NCBI GenBank assembly: GCA_951406725.2
Contig: OX597821.1
Coordinates: 51,212,001-51,276,000 of the forward strand
Direction: 5' to 3'
Length of the DNA: 64,000 nucleotides
DNA from: Octopus vulgaris
Lineage: Eukaryota
The notes under the pieces were generated by a model. The model did not search any database, was not told the DNA's origin, and saw only the letters and a program-made list of their open reading frames with translations. Every line of letters begins with the position of its first letter. Positions within the stretch are counted from its first letter, which is position 1. Below are positions 50,325 to 64,000 of the stretch, one piece after another. The position numbers were made by a program, and so were the translations under genes.

Positions 50325-50827
50325 ACAGGCGTGGCTGTGTAGTTAAGAAGCATGTCTCCTAAACATGCGGTCTTGGGTTTAGTCACACTGCGCGGCATCT
50401 TGGACAAGTGTCTTGTACAATAGCCCTGGGCCATATACATGTTTATGCATGTATGTATATATGTATGTGTATGTATATATATATATTCAACAATATTAAG
50501 GAATGGCCCTGATAGGCCATTCGACCCACTAGAAAAAGCAGCCAAACTCAAACCGCTAAATAGTTGTAATTCTGAAACCAAGGGAGAAATAAAAACATTT
50601 ACCGATAAGGGTAAATGTTTTTATTTCTCCCTTGGTTTCAGAATTACAACTATTTAGCGGTTTGAGTTTGGCTGCTCTTTCTAGTGGGTCGAATGGCCTA
50701 TCAGGGCCATTCCTTAATATTGTTGAAATTATATATATATAATCTGTGACTATTTCTCTTTCTCACTAGACCGCTGGTGGCGAAAAATTTTTCTTGAATT
50801 TTTTGCTACTCTTATATTGATTAGTTG

Positions 50828-50880
<53 letters not shown>

Positions 50881-51020
50881 TAAATGTATGCATGTATCTA
50901 TGCATGTATATGTCTTTGTCCCTGTGTTTATTTTACGAGAAGATAGACAAACCGGTATTGGTTTGTTTATGTCCCCAGAAATTAGAGAATCAGCAAAAAC
51001 GACAGATAAAATAAAGTATT
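50325..51020 (+). mobile_element. SINE family B split by insertions in its internal microsatellite
   Basis: Head 50325-50433 (caggcgtggctgtgtagttaagaagc...ttggacaagtgtctt); degenerate 3' half about 50910-51020. Confidence 0.6.
50486..50727. repeat. Near-perfect palindrome, 118-bp arms, 6-nt loop
   Basis: 50486-50603 versus 50610-50727, one mismatch seen; (TA)n on both sides. Confidence 0.95.
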
Positions 51021-51099
51021 GAATTTTGTACAAAACTCTTCGCTGGAAGAATTCCATAGAAACCAAAACTAGATGTTTCTGCTGGTATCATATCTACCA

Positions 51100-51310
51100 G
51101 AGTGGTGAGATGGCAGAATCGTTAGCACGGCGGACAAAATTCATAGACGTATTTCGTTCGTCTTTATATACTGACTCCAAACACCGCCGGGGTCAACTTT
51201 GCTTTACGTTCTTTCGGGGTGGATAAAATACATACCAGTTTACTACTGAGGTCGATGTAATCGACTAGCCCCCTTCCCGAGATTGTTGGCGTTGTGTCAA
51301 AATTTCAACT
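51100..51310 (+). mobile_element. SINE family A (degenerate)
   Basis: tggcagaatcgttagcacggcggacaaaat...ctttcggggtggataaaat...gaggtcgatgtaatcgact. Confidence 0.7.
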
Positions 51311-53229
51311 CAATATAATCATTTGTAAGAATTTTTTCTGTAAACCCCGCCAATTTTCTAGCACTCATATTTACCAAAATCTAATCTGGTATTTTTGTAA
51401 CATAAGTATAGTAATTTGCGAGTGATATAAAACAATGTTATAGCTATGTTAACGGTGGCAGCGATGATGAAGACGACTGCGTTGATAATGATGATGGTGA
51501 CGGTGTTGATAATGTTGAAGAACCAAGCATTCGTTCAGTAGCAAGGTAAAGAGCAAAATTATTTGTGTCAAGGTCAACCGCGTTAGAATATCATATATGT
51601 GTGTGTGCGTGTGTGTATACACATAGATACATATAATTATATATACAGACATATATAGATTTATGCATATGTATACATGCATGTATATATATATATATAA
51701 ATGCATACATACACACACACATTCACACACACATTCACACACACATACACACATATATTTGTATGTATATATATGAATTCGAACGCAGCTGCAAGGGAGG
51801 ATTACATATGAATGTGTACGCGCGCGCGCGCGCGTGTGTGCATGTGTGTGCGTGTGCATGTGTGTGTGTGTGTGTGCATGCGTGCATGTGTGCGTGTGCG
51901 TACTGGTGTGTGTATGTGGGAGTTATACGTATTTATACTTATGTGGGCGTTTTTGTATAAGTGTACATGTGCCTTGTGACTTGTGTATGCAGATGTTCTG
52001 TATGATGTATGTATGTATATGAATGTGTCTATATGTTGACGCATATAAATCACCTTGTCCACGTGAGTGTTTGTATGTTTGTATTTAGGTGTGAACATGT
52101 ATGTGCATGTATGTGGATGTGTGGTTGTGCCTGTAGGTGTGAACATATAAACGTTTCTACCTGAGTGTTGGTGTGTGTTTTCATAGTTGTGTACACGTGG
52201 GCATGTGTACACGTAGGTGTAGATATTTGTAAGATAAATGTTACTTCTACAATCTCTTTCATTAAATAAAAGCAATCACTCAAAAATATTATTTAACTAT
52301 TGACCAATATGACATTATCAGAGAAAAATTGATGTATTTTCCTCAAATATACGACATGCCACTTTCATATATTTTCGTCAAATATACGACATACCATTTT
52401 CCTACCTACCTAATCAGCCCACGCTTTTATTTTTCTGTCTCTAATATCGTTGTAGCAGTAAGGAATAACGGTTAAATCTTCCTCCAATCACATTCTATCA
52501 TCGTAAAGAAAGAAAGCAAAGTTGACTTGGAAACATGTGTACGTAATGTAGACATGTAAATATAACTGAGAAAATTATGGCAGAGTAGTCTCGTTATCTC
52601 GATCACAGCAGACAAATAGTTAAACAACAATGACAGGAAAAGTATTCCCTTTTATCTGGTCCTGTTTTCTAACAAAAACGTCTTCCCTATTTGCAAGTAG
52701 GGTGTCTGGTTTAGAATCAAGCACGTCATATTTGCACCTGCTCCTCTTTATATCTTCTCTCACCATAAACCTCACATATAGGCTCAGACAGACCGTCACT
52801 GTGGAAAGACATTTGTTTCTCATTCACAGTGTGGCATCTAGGACGTGTGTCTTCTACCCGCCGTTGCCGCTTGAAACCGATGTCAGCGGTTCGATAAAAA
52901 AAAAATCGACAGAATAAGTTCCAGAATACGCACCGACTCGAGTCGTCGACTAAAAAATTCCTTTAATATCTCAATTCAATGACTGATACAAGTAAATATC
53001 GAAAGAAAATTTAAGGTAATCGCTCCTAACTCTGCCTAGTTGATATCTGTTTTCTGGACAATTTAAGCTGTATATATTCCAGCTGAAAATGTCCACCCGT
53101 CTGACGGATATATGGCAGACTTCTCTACTCTGCTTAAAGATCGAAGCAGGCACGCTGCGTGATTAAGACTTAGGCTTCTCCCGACCTATGAGTAACACTT
53201 TGTGCTTCATGTACCATAACGTCCGTTTT

Positions 53230-53481
53230 CAGTGTCTCTCAACCATTTTTTGCTTGAGAACCCCCTTTGATTCCTATTTTACTTGGATGGACCCTTGTAG
53301 TCTTTTAGCAAAAAAAAAAAAAAATCATATTACATTTTTATAATCAAATATCATTAGGAATTGTAATAAAAATTGGTTAAATTTTTTTGTGTACTATAGA
53401 AGTATAAGCAATTTACTGCAAGTCAATTTTAATAACAAAATCTTACATTGATCCCCAGGGGCAATATGGTTGAGAATAACT
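53230..53481. mobile_element. hAT-like MITE (decayed)
   Basis: Termini cagtgtctctcaacc / ggttgagaataact resemble CAGTGGTTCTCAACC-type TIRs; no clear 8-bp TSD seen. Confidence 0.5.
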
Positions 53482-53504
53482 TCACCTAAACTTTAGATGA
53501 ACGT

Positions 53505-53815
53505 GACTTAGTGGTTATAACACTCGGCTTACGATCGCAAGATCGTGAGTTCATTTCTTGGCGACGCGTTGTGTCCTTGACCAAGACACATCGCTCCAGT
53601 CCACTCAGCTGGCAAAAAAAATGAGTAGTACCTGTATTTCAAAGGGCCATCCTTGTCATACTCAGCGTCTTGCTGAATCTCCCCGAGAACTACGTTACAG
53701 ATACTAGTGTCTGCGGAGTACTCAGCCACTTGCACATTAATTTCATGAGCAGGTTGTTCTGTTGATCGGATCAATTGGAACCATTGCTGTCGCGACTGAC
53801 GGAATGCCAGGTTGA
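53505..53815 (+). mobile_element. SINE family C
   Basis: A-box-like gacttagtggtta, B-box-like gagttcatttc, gtgtccttga..aagacac..ctccagtccactcagctggcaaaaa; homologous to 12360-12750. Confidence 0.75.
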
Positions 53816-54113
53816 TAATATTGTGAGAAGGGATTCTAAGGGACGGTTGTTGCAGTTAGGGGTTAAATTCAGTATGTTGCTTTGTTTACTGTCTCACATC
53901 ACCCTTGAGTGCTTCGAGGGATGTGCAAAGTGTTGTAAGCATCTGGGCCAAGTTTCCGTTCATAGGATACACATTCTATTACTCCTGCCAGAAAATAACA
54001 GACAACAATAAGGGGCCAAGGTGTTCTTTTAACATTCTGAATAAGATATTATATGTAATAAGAAAGAATAAAAAGAACAAAAACAATGTTTTCGCAATTT
54101 GTTACAACAGGAA

Positions 54114-54114
54114 A

Positions 54115-54169
<55 letters not shown>

Positions 54170-54207
54170 GCTGCTACTACTACTACTACTGCTACTGCTG
54201 CTGCTGA

Positions 54208-54261
<54 letters not shown>

Positions 54262-54310
54262 AACTACTACTACTACTACTACCACTACTACTACTACTGC
54301 AAATGCTGCT
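54114..54310. repeat. (ACT)n microsatellite
   Basis: Visible. Confidence 0.95.
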
Positions 54311-54695
54311 GCTACGGCGACTACAGTCAATGTGAACGAATATAGAAGAGAAGACAAGACTATATTTTGAAATTTTAAGTGCCAGATATCTTCTTACTAT
54401 TTATAATTAATTAGCTTGTCAGATATTCACAAAGAAATAAAAAACCTGCACCATGACTCAAGCACGCGCGCGCAAAATAACGCATATGCACATGTTTTTA
54501 TATCTCTGCACATTTTTATATATACATGTGACAGTGTTTTAATTATAAGTACATAAAAACAATTATATATGAATAAATATATGTATATATGTATTAAGTA
54601 TATACTCACAAACGTATGCATATATAGATTATACATATATATATTATACATATATACACATACATATATATATATATACATATACACATATAAAT

Positions 54696-54994
<299 letters not shown>

Positions 54995-55221
54995 TTGTTT
55001 TCAAGTATTTTGGTTTTTCTGGAGTCCCTTTTGAAAGTAGAAGAAATAGCTAACGTTTTTGGCTGCTATTTCTAAACTTCGGTATGTGGTAAAGCAAATC
55101 TTTGCTGAACCCTAATTATTTAGTATTACTTAAGTTTACCATGAAATGGTCCTTTTTTCATGCCGAATTCTACTTGGTGAAAGTATTGATTACTTCTTAA
55201 TGAATTAATTTTACCCTTTGT

Positions 55222-55279
<58 letters not shown>

Positions 55280-55759
55280 CCTTCGTTTCTATATTCGGAT
55301 GGTTTGCGAGTTTCTTGACGTGAGTTAGTGTCTTTAAATAAATCTTGTGTCTAGGGTGTGTCATTCTGCCAATAAAAGTTAGGAGAAACACACGCACTGG
55401 TTTAATACCACTTTTTTTATTTTGCTACACAATAGGTTGTTACATGTAATGATCGAATAGACTTGCGCGGGAACAATGACGCACACAAAAATGTACAAAC
55501 GCAAACATACACACATATGTTTATCTATTCTAAAATCAATGGGCCACATCACATATACACACACACATATATATATGTATTAACACTAGCATTGGTTTTA
55601 TGTTAAGAAAGTAGAAAAACATGTATTAAGAATTCTTCAAGCCGATGGAGGCAAACACCAAGGCTTTAAAAATTGTGGAGAGACTAGGGTATTTTGTTAC
55701 TTTTCTGAACATGAAGCCAATGGTAGCCTTCAATCATATATTCTTCATTCACAAATGAA

Positions 55760-55814
<55 letters not shown>

Positions 55815-55895
55815 CATACATACATGCATACATATATACATATATATATATACATACATACATACATGCATACATATATACATATATATATATAT

Positions 55896-55945
<50 letters not shown>

Positions 55946-58714
55946 ATCCTATATACACATGTCATTCAAAGTTTGAGCCGGTTCCAAATGCCGAGGTATA
56001 CTCTTATATTTGCTTTTAATAACTGAAATATTTCTACACGCAAACTTATATGTAGTGAGATTGGATATTACATTTCTTACAATCCAATATGGCTTGGATG
56101 TTTTGTTCATTAATGCGCGGTCAGGAAAATCAGCTATTTATTTATCTCCTTCAATTTAAAGAGAAAACGGAAGTGAACGTTATTGTATGAGCGTTATCTT
56201 CTATCTAATGAACACAATATTAGCTTACATTAGGAACGTGGTGACATACCGAAGCCGAAACTTGATTTATGAGAGGCCACAAATTTGGAAGGATTCAAAT
56301 TGAAAATGCTTTTATTAAGACAATGTGCTTCAAGCGTTGTACCGTATATGGACATTTTATATGTTATGATGATTTCCAATGGCAATAACATAAATTTTGT
56401 AGGAGTGAAATTTAACGGCAAATATTTATTTATTCAACTAATTATTTCAAAATATTTATATATTTAATAATGTACAAAATTGTCTCCTAATTTAAACGTA
56501 ATAAATCTAATTATCAGTCTATTCACTCAGAAAAAGTAATTTCTCTAAATTATAGTATTTTACACAATAAATTAGCTTTATCACATGTTATTGGATAAGC
56601 AGACACACAAGAGCACAAAGCAATAATATCTGTACGATGTTACTTTCATTTATGCTCAGATTTCAATCTACGTTGGGGATGATTTTATCTTTCTGAAGTC
56701 GGAAATATAAGTACCAGTCATACACCAGTTCAATTTAATTAACAGCACCCCACCCCTAAATTATGTGGCTTGCTTTCTAAATATTAAGTTATAGTAACTC
56801 CCAATATAGATATTATTAAACCTAATTCGCCTTTGTTTAATCATATGACGAAAAGCAAACGTAATTCTGATATGATTTGAAATTAAAGGAGAGAAATATC
56901 GAATTAGTTTCTTTAATACAGCTGGCCTTATATTGATTCCTGCTCTCTTTATAAACCACTAAGAGGCAATATTTGTTTCTTGTGGCTTAGGCGCATGTTA
57001 GAAAACACTTTGAAGACGATTGATTGATGTAGGCAATAATATAAAATACATCAAGACTCGATAAAGAAACAACTGTTTAAAAAGTTATTGTTTTGAGAGA
57101 CCAGGTTCATTAAAATCATAACATATTTCAAAGACATATTATTGTATTATTGATTTCTTTTGTGTCGCTTCTTTGACGATCCCTGCTACTTCAGCGATGA
57201 TGACGCCTACATAGTCACTAACCCAAATCAATGGAACCGGTAAAGTATTTCTCTGATGTCTGTAAACATGAGATCCGTATATGACAGTTCCTCACAATTT
57301 TTGGTGTCGGTTGGAAAATCATTTCTTTGATAACATAGATGAGGATTTCTAGTTTAAGTAGAATGTCATACTTTACCAGGAAACAGTGTAATCAGTTGGA
57401 TTTTTCCTAGTAAGTATTTACCATCTATTTTATCGATCTTGGTAGATGAAAGCGAATTCACTTTAAGTTTAATGCATAAAAACATCTGAGAATGGTAACA
57501 ATAAAGCCATTTCAAATATAATTAACATCTTGAATGCACAGATTATCACCGCCATATTCCCTGTAATACTTGACTACAGGGTCACTAGGTTACTAGGTAA
57601 CTGGGTCCCAGGATCTACTAGGTCCCATCGCAATAGAGTTTTATTAAGTATACCAAGGTGAAGTAGCCATAGAAAACTCCATATGTCTAAAAAGTACTTA
57701 CATCTTCTGAATTCCTGGGCATAACTCTGTTAGTTATTTGTGTAATAAACAAACCCAGGGGGTTTACCGTTAAGTATTAGTAACGTGCAAAAAGGACCGT
57801 TTGCAAGGCTTTCAGGACTGGTAGGGAAAAAGATAAAACCGGGTCGCTATGCTTGCAACAGAGTAGATTCCATCAACAACACACAATTTGTTGTAAAGGT
57901 TTGAAACAGGGAAACAGATAAAATATATGAACCTGGAGCATATGAGGTTCATGTTTACACAGGCGGTTTACACAGTTTCCGCTAGCACGGTTTTACTCTT
58001 ACGGATTGAGCTGAGTCAGTGTTCAAAGGTCTTTCCTGAACATGACGCGAAGAAGACTTAAACGCTGAATCATAAAATGTGACGTAGATAAAACAAGCAT
58101 ATGAAATATTTTTAAAAATTGTCACTGGGTATAAGTTGAGATATATATACATATGTTTAAAAATACATAAATAAATCTTATCAGATCTAATAAAAAATAA
58201 GATAGACATATTTCTGCGGCTTACATGAATGAACTAAACCAGAAACCTGGAGTAGTGTACTGAATCTACAGCTTCATGCAAATCAATGAATTCTGTTATG
58301 TGTAATGACCTAGAAACACATGCTCACACACACAGACACACACGCACACGCACGCACACGCACATACATGCACACATGTTCACAATGTGTTTGGTTCTAT
58401 TTCTTAAGGATTGTAGAGATAACAGATAAAGCATGCGTAACAATTTTTCGAGTTGTGAGTCGCATAAGACACGGCTCATCATGAGGTGGTCTGCACTGTT
58501 AAAAATTTCAAGGTAATTATTTGTTTAGGTGTATCATTCAGAAAGTCCCACAAGCAGCTGTTAGCTCAAGGCAGGTATAATTAACACTTACATATATACA
58601 TTCACACACAGACGCTAAACACACACACATATACACACATATATATATATACCTCCACCACACACACACTCATGTGCATATGGGCATACATATATACAGA
58701 TATAACATATTAAT

Positions 58715-59115
58715 AGGAGTGGCTGTGTGGTAAGTAGCTTGCTTACGAACTACATGGTTCCGGTTCAGTCCCACTGCGTGGCACCTTGGGCTAGTGTCTT
58801 CTAGTATAGCCTCGGGCCGACCAAAGCCTTGTGAGTGGATTTGGTAGACGGAAACTGAAAGAAGCCCGTCGTATATATGTATATATATATATATGTGTAT
58901 ATATATATATATATGTGTGTGTGTGTATTTGTGTGTCTATGTTTGTACCCCCAACAACGCTTGACAATCGATGCTGGTGTGTTTTCGTCCCCGTAACTTA
59001 GCGGTTCGGCAAAAGCGACTAGGCTTACAAAGAATAAGTCCTGGGGTCGATTTGCTCGACTAAAGGTGGTGCTCCAGCATGGCTGCAGTCAAATGACTGA
59101 AACAAGTAAAAAAAA
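58715..59115 (+). mobile_element. SINE family B, near full length
   Basis: Close match to 32016-32425 with a short internal deletion near 59017. Confidence 0.85.
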
Positions 59116-59195
59116 TACAGATATAATGTATAAATATATATACATATGGGATAGATGCGTATGAATATGTATGGAAAAGACGGTGTATGAAAGAG

Positions 59196-59232
<37 letters not shown>

Positions 59233-59699
59233 AGCAAAAGTAGAAACACAGATTTCAGAGAAAGACAGGCACAAGCACACATGTGTACTGAGATTCCTCG
59301 CTCATATATTGCTATATATAAGTACACATTTTCTAAATGTAACTCTGTGTCAAGGTTTTACATGATTCCCGTCACTAGTTTCAGAGATTTGTTTATGTTT
59401 AAAAATCTAAATCGTCTTTAGCCAACACTAACCTTTCAGAGCAACACCGTTCATCTTCTCTGAGATCATCTAAACATATTTCTTGACTTTGGTAAACAAA
59501 ATAAAGATTAAAGATATACATGAATATGTGAGGGTGTTCTAATTGTGTGTTCGCCTATAAGTTGCTGCCATATAGATACATACATACATACATGCACAGA
59601 CACACACACTCACACATACACACGCACGCGCACACATACACACACGCACGCACACACAAACATACACGCATACACACATATGTACATATATATGTATTT

Positions 59700-59883
59700 T
59701 ATTATCCTTATATTTCCTTCTTTCTACTCGGACTTTCCTCTTTCTTACGAAGAGCTATTCTCGAAACGTTAACAACTCTCTGCTTTCACTGACCGTCAAA
59801 TTAATATATTGCTTGTACACGTCCTCACGTTCGCTTTTTAACTCTTTTTCTCTGTTTTAAATTGTTTGTTCATTGATTTGACT
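59700..59883 (+). mobile_element. GAGC-stem HHR-like short element (old, degenerate)
   Basis: CTTACGA-A-GAGC-TAT-TCTC-GAAACGTTA at 59744-59771; tail cacgtcctcacgtt...ttgactat resembles 36980-37031. Confidence 0.55.
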
Positions 59884-59906
59884 ATGTATATATACATATA
59901 AATATA

Positions 59907-59956
<50 letters not shown>

Positions 59957-60028
59957 TGGCGGTGCCCCAGCATGGCCACAGCTCGTGAGCTGAAACTAGA
60001 TAAAATAACATAAAATAAAATAGAATAA

Positions 60029-60068
<40 letters not shown>

Positions 60069-60621
60069 ATATATATATAGTCAATTTAAGGCCCAGGTTT
60101 TATAAAGTAAACATGTACTGGGTTCGATACATAAGAATCAGTATTGATTTTAGGTACTGAAATACGGTCATACCAAGGCAATACTTTCAGGTAATTATTT
60201 TTCATATCAACAGCAATCATTTGGAGGGAATGTATATGAATATTGAAATAGTACTTCCTTTATTGACCCCTCCCTCCACCAAATGTGAAAGTTAATATAG
60301 GGTTTGAACTCAGAGTGTAAAGAACCGTAACTAGATATAGCAATATATTTTGTCAAATGCAGTTGCAATTCTGCAGTTTTATTTATATTGTGTTCACTTA
60401 TATCATCGTTGCTAATATAGTTAACAGCTATGTAATTGAGTAATAAAGGACATATAAACATCACCGCTTTTTAATATTCAATTTCTAAATGAAAAGACAA
60501 TTGTGGTATGTCGTTATTGCCATATTTTCAGTAAGCAACAAGGGATTGGGGGAATAACTTCGCAATTGATATATCGCAAAATCACACACACGTGTGTTTG
60601 TCGGGTGGTGGAAAGTATTTT

Positions 60622-60854
60622 TAAGGCGGCGAGCTGGCAGAAACGTTAGCACGCCGGGCGAAATGCTTAGCGGTATTTCGTCTGCGTCACGTTGTAAGTT
60701 CAAATTCCGCCGAGGTCGACTTTGCCTTTCATCCTTTCGGGGTCGATAAATTAAGTACCAGTTACGCACTGGGGTCGATGTAATCGACTCAATACCTATG
60801 TCTGTCCTTGTTTGTCCGCTCTGTGTTTAGCCCCTTGTGGGTAATAAAGAAATA
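60622..60854 (+). mobile_element. SINE family A, full length with target-site duplication
   Basis: A-box-like gagctggcagaaacgtta, B-box-like agttcaaattcc; ggaaagtat(t/c)tttaa at 60610-60624 and 60855-60869. Confidence 0.9.
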
Positions 60855-61267
60855 GGAAAGTATCTTTAACCCTGGGGCTTAAGAGTAAGTAAAGGGCGTC
60901 CAAAGCTAGAGTGGTAAATCCAGATGCATGTCAATCATTCAAGAAAGCTACGGCAGGAAAGCATGTTAGAGCACAATGATATGGAGCAAATGACGCAGGG
61001 TGTCCTCTCAACTGTTGTAAGAATTCAACCAGCACACCCATTAAGATTAGTACTGGATTTGATGATTCTAGACAGATAAAAAGTGATATTTTCATCAGTA
61101 GGATTTGAACTCAGAATATAACGAGCCAGAATATATACCCTGGAACATTTTTTTTTTCAAGGATCAAATGACTATTCCAGTTGGCCACCTATATGCAGTA
61201 TTGATGCAAAGTCTTGATGTGATTTTCTATTTCGTGTTATTCACTGAGTTTTGAAGAGACATTTGAC

Positions 61268-61598
61268 AAGCGTCAGTACAATAGTAACAAACTGAAACAT
61301 CAGTGCAATAGCTAGGATGAGAAACGCTGATGCTATAGAAACAAATAGAAAAATCAATGCAATAGCAACGAAGAGAAACACTATTACAGTTGCAACATCA
61401 TTGGAATAGCAAGAAAAGGAAACACTAGTGCAATATAAACGTCAGTACAATAGCGACAAAGAGAAACATCAACGCAGCAGCAGGGGAGAAAAACTTCAGT
61501 GCAACAGCAACAATGAGAAACGCCAAAAAATAGCAACAGAGAGGTAGGCCATTAGAATAGCATCGAAATGAAATATCACTGCAATAGCGACAAAAGGA
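61268..61598. repeat. Degenerate minisatellite, unit about 26-27 bp
   Basis: About 12 units resembling gaaacatcagtgcaatagcaacaaaga. Confidence 0.7.
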
Positions 61599-61725
61599 AA
61601 AAAAAAGATGAAGATGAAGATAAGGTTTAATACTGAAATTTTAAAATGTAGTTCCCATCACAGTGGTGTATATGTTATTGTGTTTCAAAAAACGTGATTT
61701 GGTTTCGATTTATACATTTAATGAA

Positions 61726-61809
61726 ACTACTACTACTATTACTACTACTATTACTACTACAACTACTACTACTACAACTACTACAACAACTACTACTACT
61801 ACTACTACC

Positions 61810-61849
<40 letters not shown>

Positions 61850-61913
61850 TTGCCAGTACTACTACTACTACTACTGCTACTACTACTACCACTACTACTA
61901 CTACCACCACCAG

Positions 61914-61960
<47 letters not shown>
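61726..61960. repeat. (ACT)n/(ACC)n microsatellite
   Basis: Visible. Confidence 0.95.
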
Positions 61961-61961
<1 letters not shown>

Positions 61962-62264
61962 AGATATACCTTATGTATATTTTCTTGATATTCCAGATAG
62001 GGGAAATATCGTAGATTATATATCATTGACCGGTGTATTAACGTCAAACATAACTCTTAATGTTTGTTGTAATCGATCTTTGCTGCCCTATAATTTAGCG
62101 AATTATATTGTTGATGGTGTGTTCGCGTGTGTGTGACAAAATGTTTATGAGCATATATATAATATATATACATACATCTACACATATGCATATAACCATA
62201 TATGCCTACATATATATAAATACACACATATATATATATGTGTGTGTGTGTATGTGCTTACATA

Positions 62265-62369
<105 letters not shown>

Positions 62370-62413
62370 TATACACACATGCATCCATGCATATATATGT
62401 ATGTATATATATG

Positions 62414-62474
<61 letters not shown>

Positions 62475-63882
62475 GGATATATATTTATATGGATATATGC
62501 ATGTGTGTGTATGTATATACATGTATAGCAAGATAAATAGCTGATTGGTGACACAGATAGAAAAGTTATATATTTATGTTAAGGATAATGTATAGAAGCC
62601 CAGAAACTGCTTAGACTCTTAAAACAAATACATACACACATGCAATCCCATTTGTGTATATGCGTAAGTGTCTGTGAATGACTGCGTTGTGTGAATGTCG
62701 CGAGGTCTCTATATTTGTGTGTGTGTGTGTGTGTGTGTGTATGCGTGAGTGTGTGTTGTGTGCAGGTGTTTGTGTTGTGAGTGTGTGTGTGCGTTTGTGT
62801 GTGTTTCGTCATCCGCTCCAACCGAAATTTCAAAAGATATACAATTTGTTGTATATCGCATCCAGAACACTCACTTTTAACACACTCAGACACACATACG
62901 CACACGTACACGAACATGTATGCGTGTGTGTATGTGTGTTTGTGCGTGTGTAATTTAACTCAAAATGATATGAGATTATATGTATAATAATCTAAATAAC
63001 ACATGAACCAAAGATATTTGTCTATTTCACGTTAACTCGTGCAATATCTGCATGTATGTTCGGTTATTGGAATGTCTCTTAGTTTTAGTCATGCGAAACG
63101 GCTCAGATAAGGTAACAGTTAGGTTGTTTATTATGATCCCAAAATATCTTATGATTATACTGTGCTCGTGGTTGTTTCTCACCGATAGGCTGTGCAACAC
63201 TAGACGTCTCTACTGAGGAACATCACAGCCGAATAGCATAACTAAAATAAGTAGAGACCAACTTAAATACACATAAATGCGCATTTTCTTCTACGCTCGT
63301 GTCATGTAATACAATTTTTCTAAAAAAAAAAAAAGTTGGGGTTAAGTCTGCTTTGTTTATTTGTTTAGTTCCAACAGTCCCTAACGACGAGAGATATCGC
63401 ACAGCGGATGGTCAGAGACGTCAAAGTCACTAGCTGATAGATCTTAGTTTCATTCATCATGATGGACATATTTATTATAATTGCTAACAGTAGGGTAGTG
63501 TTTAATGACCTCATTTATTTCTTCAGGTCGTCAGGACCTTGCTTCTCAGAAGTCACGTGTTCATTTCGCTCTTGTTGACAGTACCTCTTATGGGTTCCTG
63601 TCCAGGATTACGCAAGCTCAATTTCAAGTAAATACTCTTTCAGACAAGACTAGAGAATACAAACAAGACTATAGAGAATAAATGTCGGAATAAATTTGCA
63701 GGTGCTTTGGTGTTGGACTTGACATTCTTCCGGCGACTCTTGCTTACAGCTAGAGACTTCATTGTCCAAAATGGTAGCAAACATGCAATGATTGTTACAA
63801 GACTTAGAGTATAGTAGTATAATCACTGCAGACACTGCATCTCAACACCTGACTGATGAACAGCGTAAAACTCTAAAACACA

Positions 63883-63950
<68 letters not shown>

Positions 63951-64000
63951 CACATACACACACACACACACGCACATATTGCATATATACCTTTTACTTA

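Noticed and set aside
61268-61598. CRISPR-like array
   Set aside because: Units are contiguous and degenerate without unique spacers; eukaryotic context, no cas genes.
63515-63640. Possible exon 2 of the receptor (ttcttcag acceptor)
   Set aside because: Translation does not resemble the expected continuation of the NPR extracellular domain.
63853-63880. CTGATGA-ACAGCGT-AAAACTCT as a hammerhead
   Set aside because: GAAA and cleavage triplet are absent; too degenerate to support although it abuts (TA)n.

Overview
AT-rich, microsatellite-dense animal genomic DNA; the SINE families and (TA)n/(CA)n/(TATC)n load suggest an octopod cephalopod (inference, not searched). The only host coding sequence I can support is the first coding exon of a natriuretic-peptide-receptor / receptor-guanylyl-cyclase-type gene (+, about 42554/42599-43376), followed by a presumed intron of over 20 kb. 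The rest is mobile DNA: three tRNA-type SINE families, L1/Tx1 and RTE LINE 3' fragments, mariner/Tc1-family relics, a hAT-like MITE and Penelope-like (GIY-YIG) fragments. The most striking unexplained signal is roughly 15-20 hammerhead-ribozyme (HHR) or HHR-like motifs in short elements mostly embedded in (TA)n. They include a 524-bp-period retrozyme-like unit (19182-19768), a Penelope fragment bracketed by inverted HHR-bearing repeats (33194-34792), and a repeated ~200-bp family with a non-canonical core CTGTNGA-A-GAGC-loop-GCTC-GAAACGT(T/A). Many (TA)n-flanked fold-back inverted repeats accompany these. Almost all ORFs in the supplied track are microsatellite artefacts. All alignments and folds were done by eye and element boundaries are approximate.
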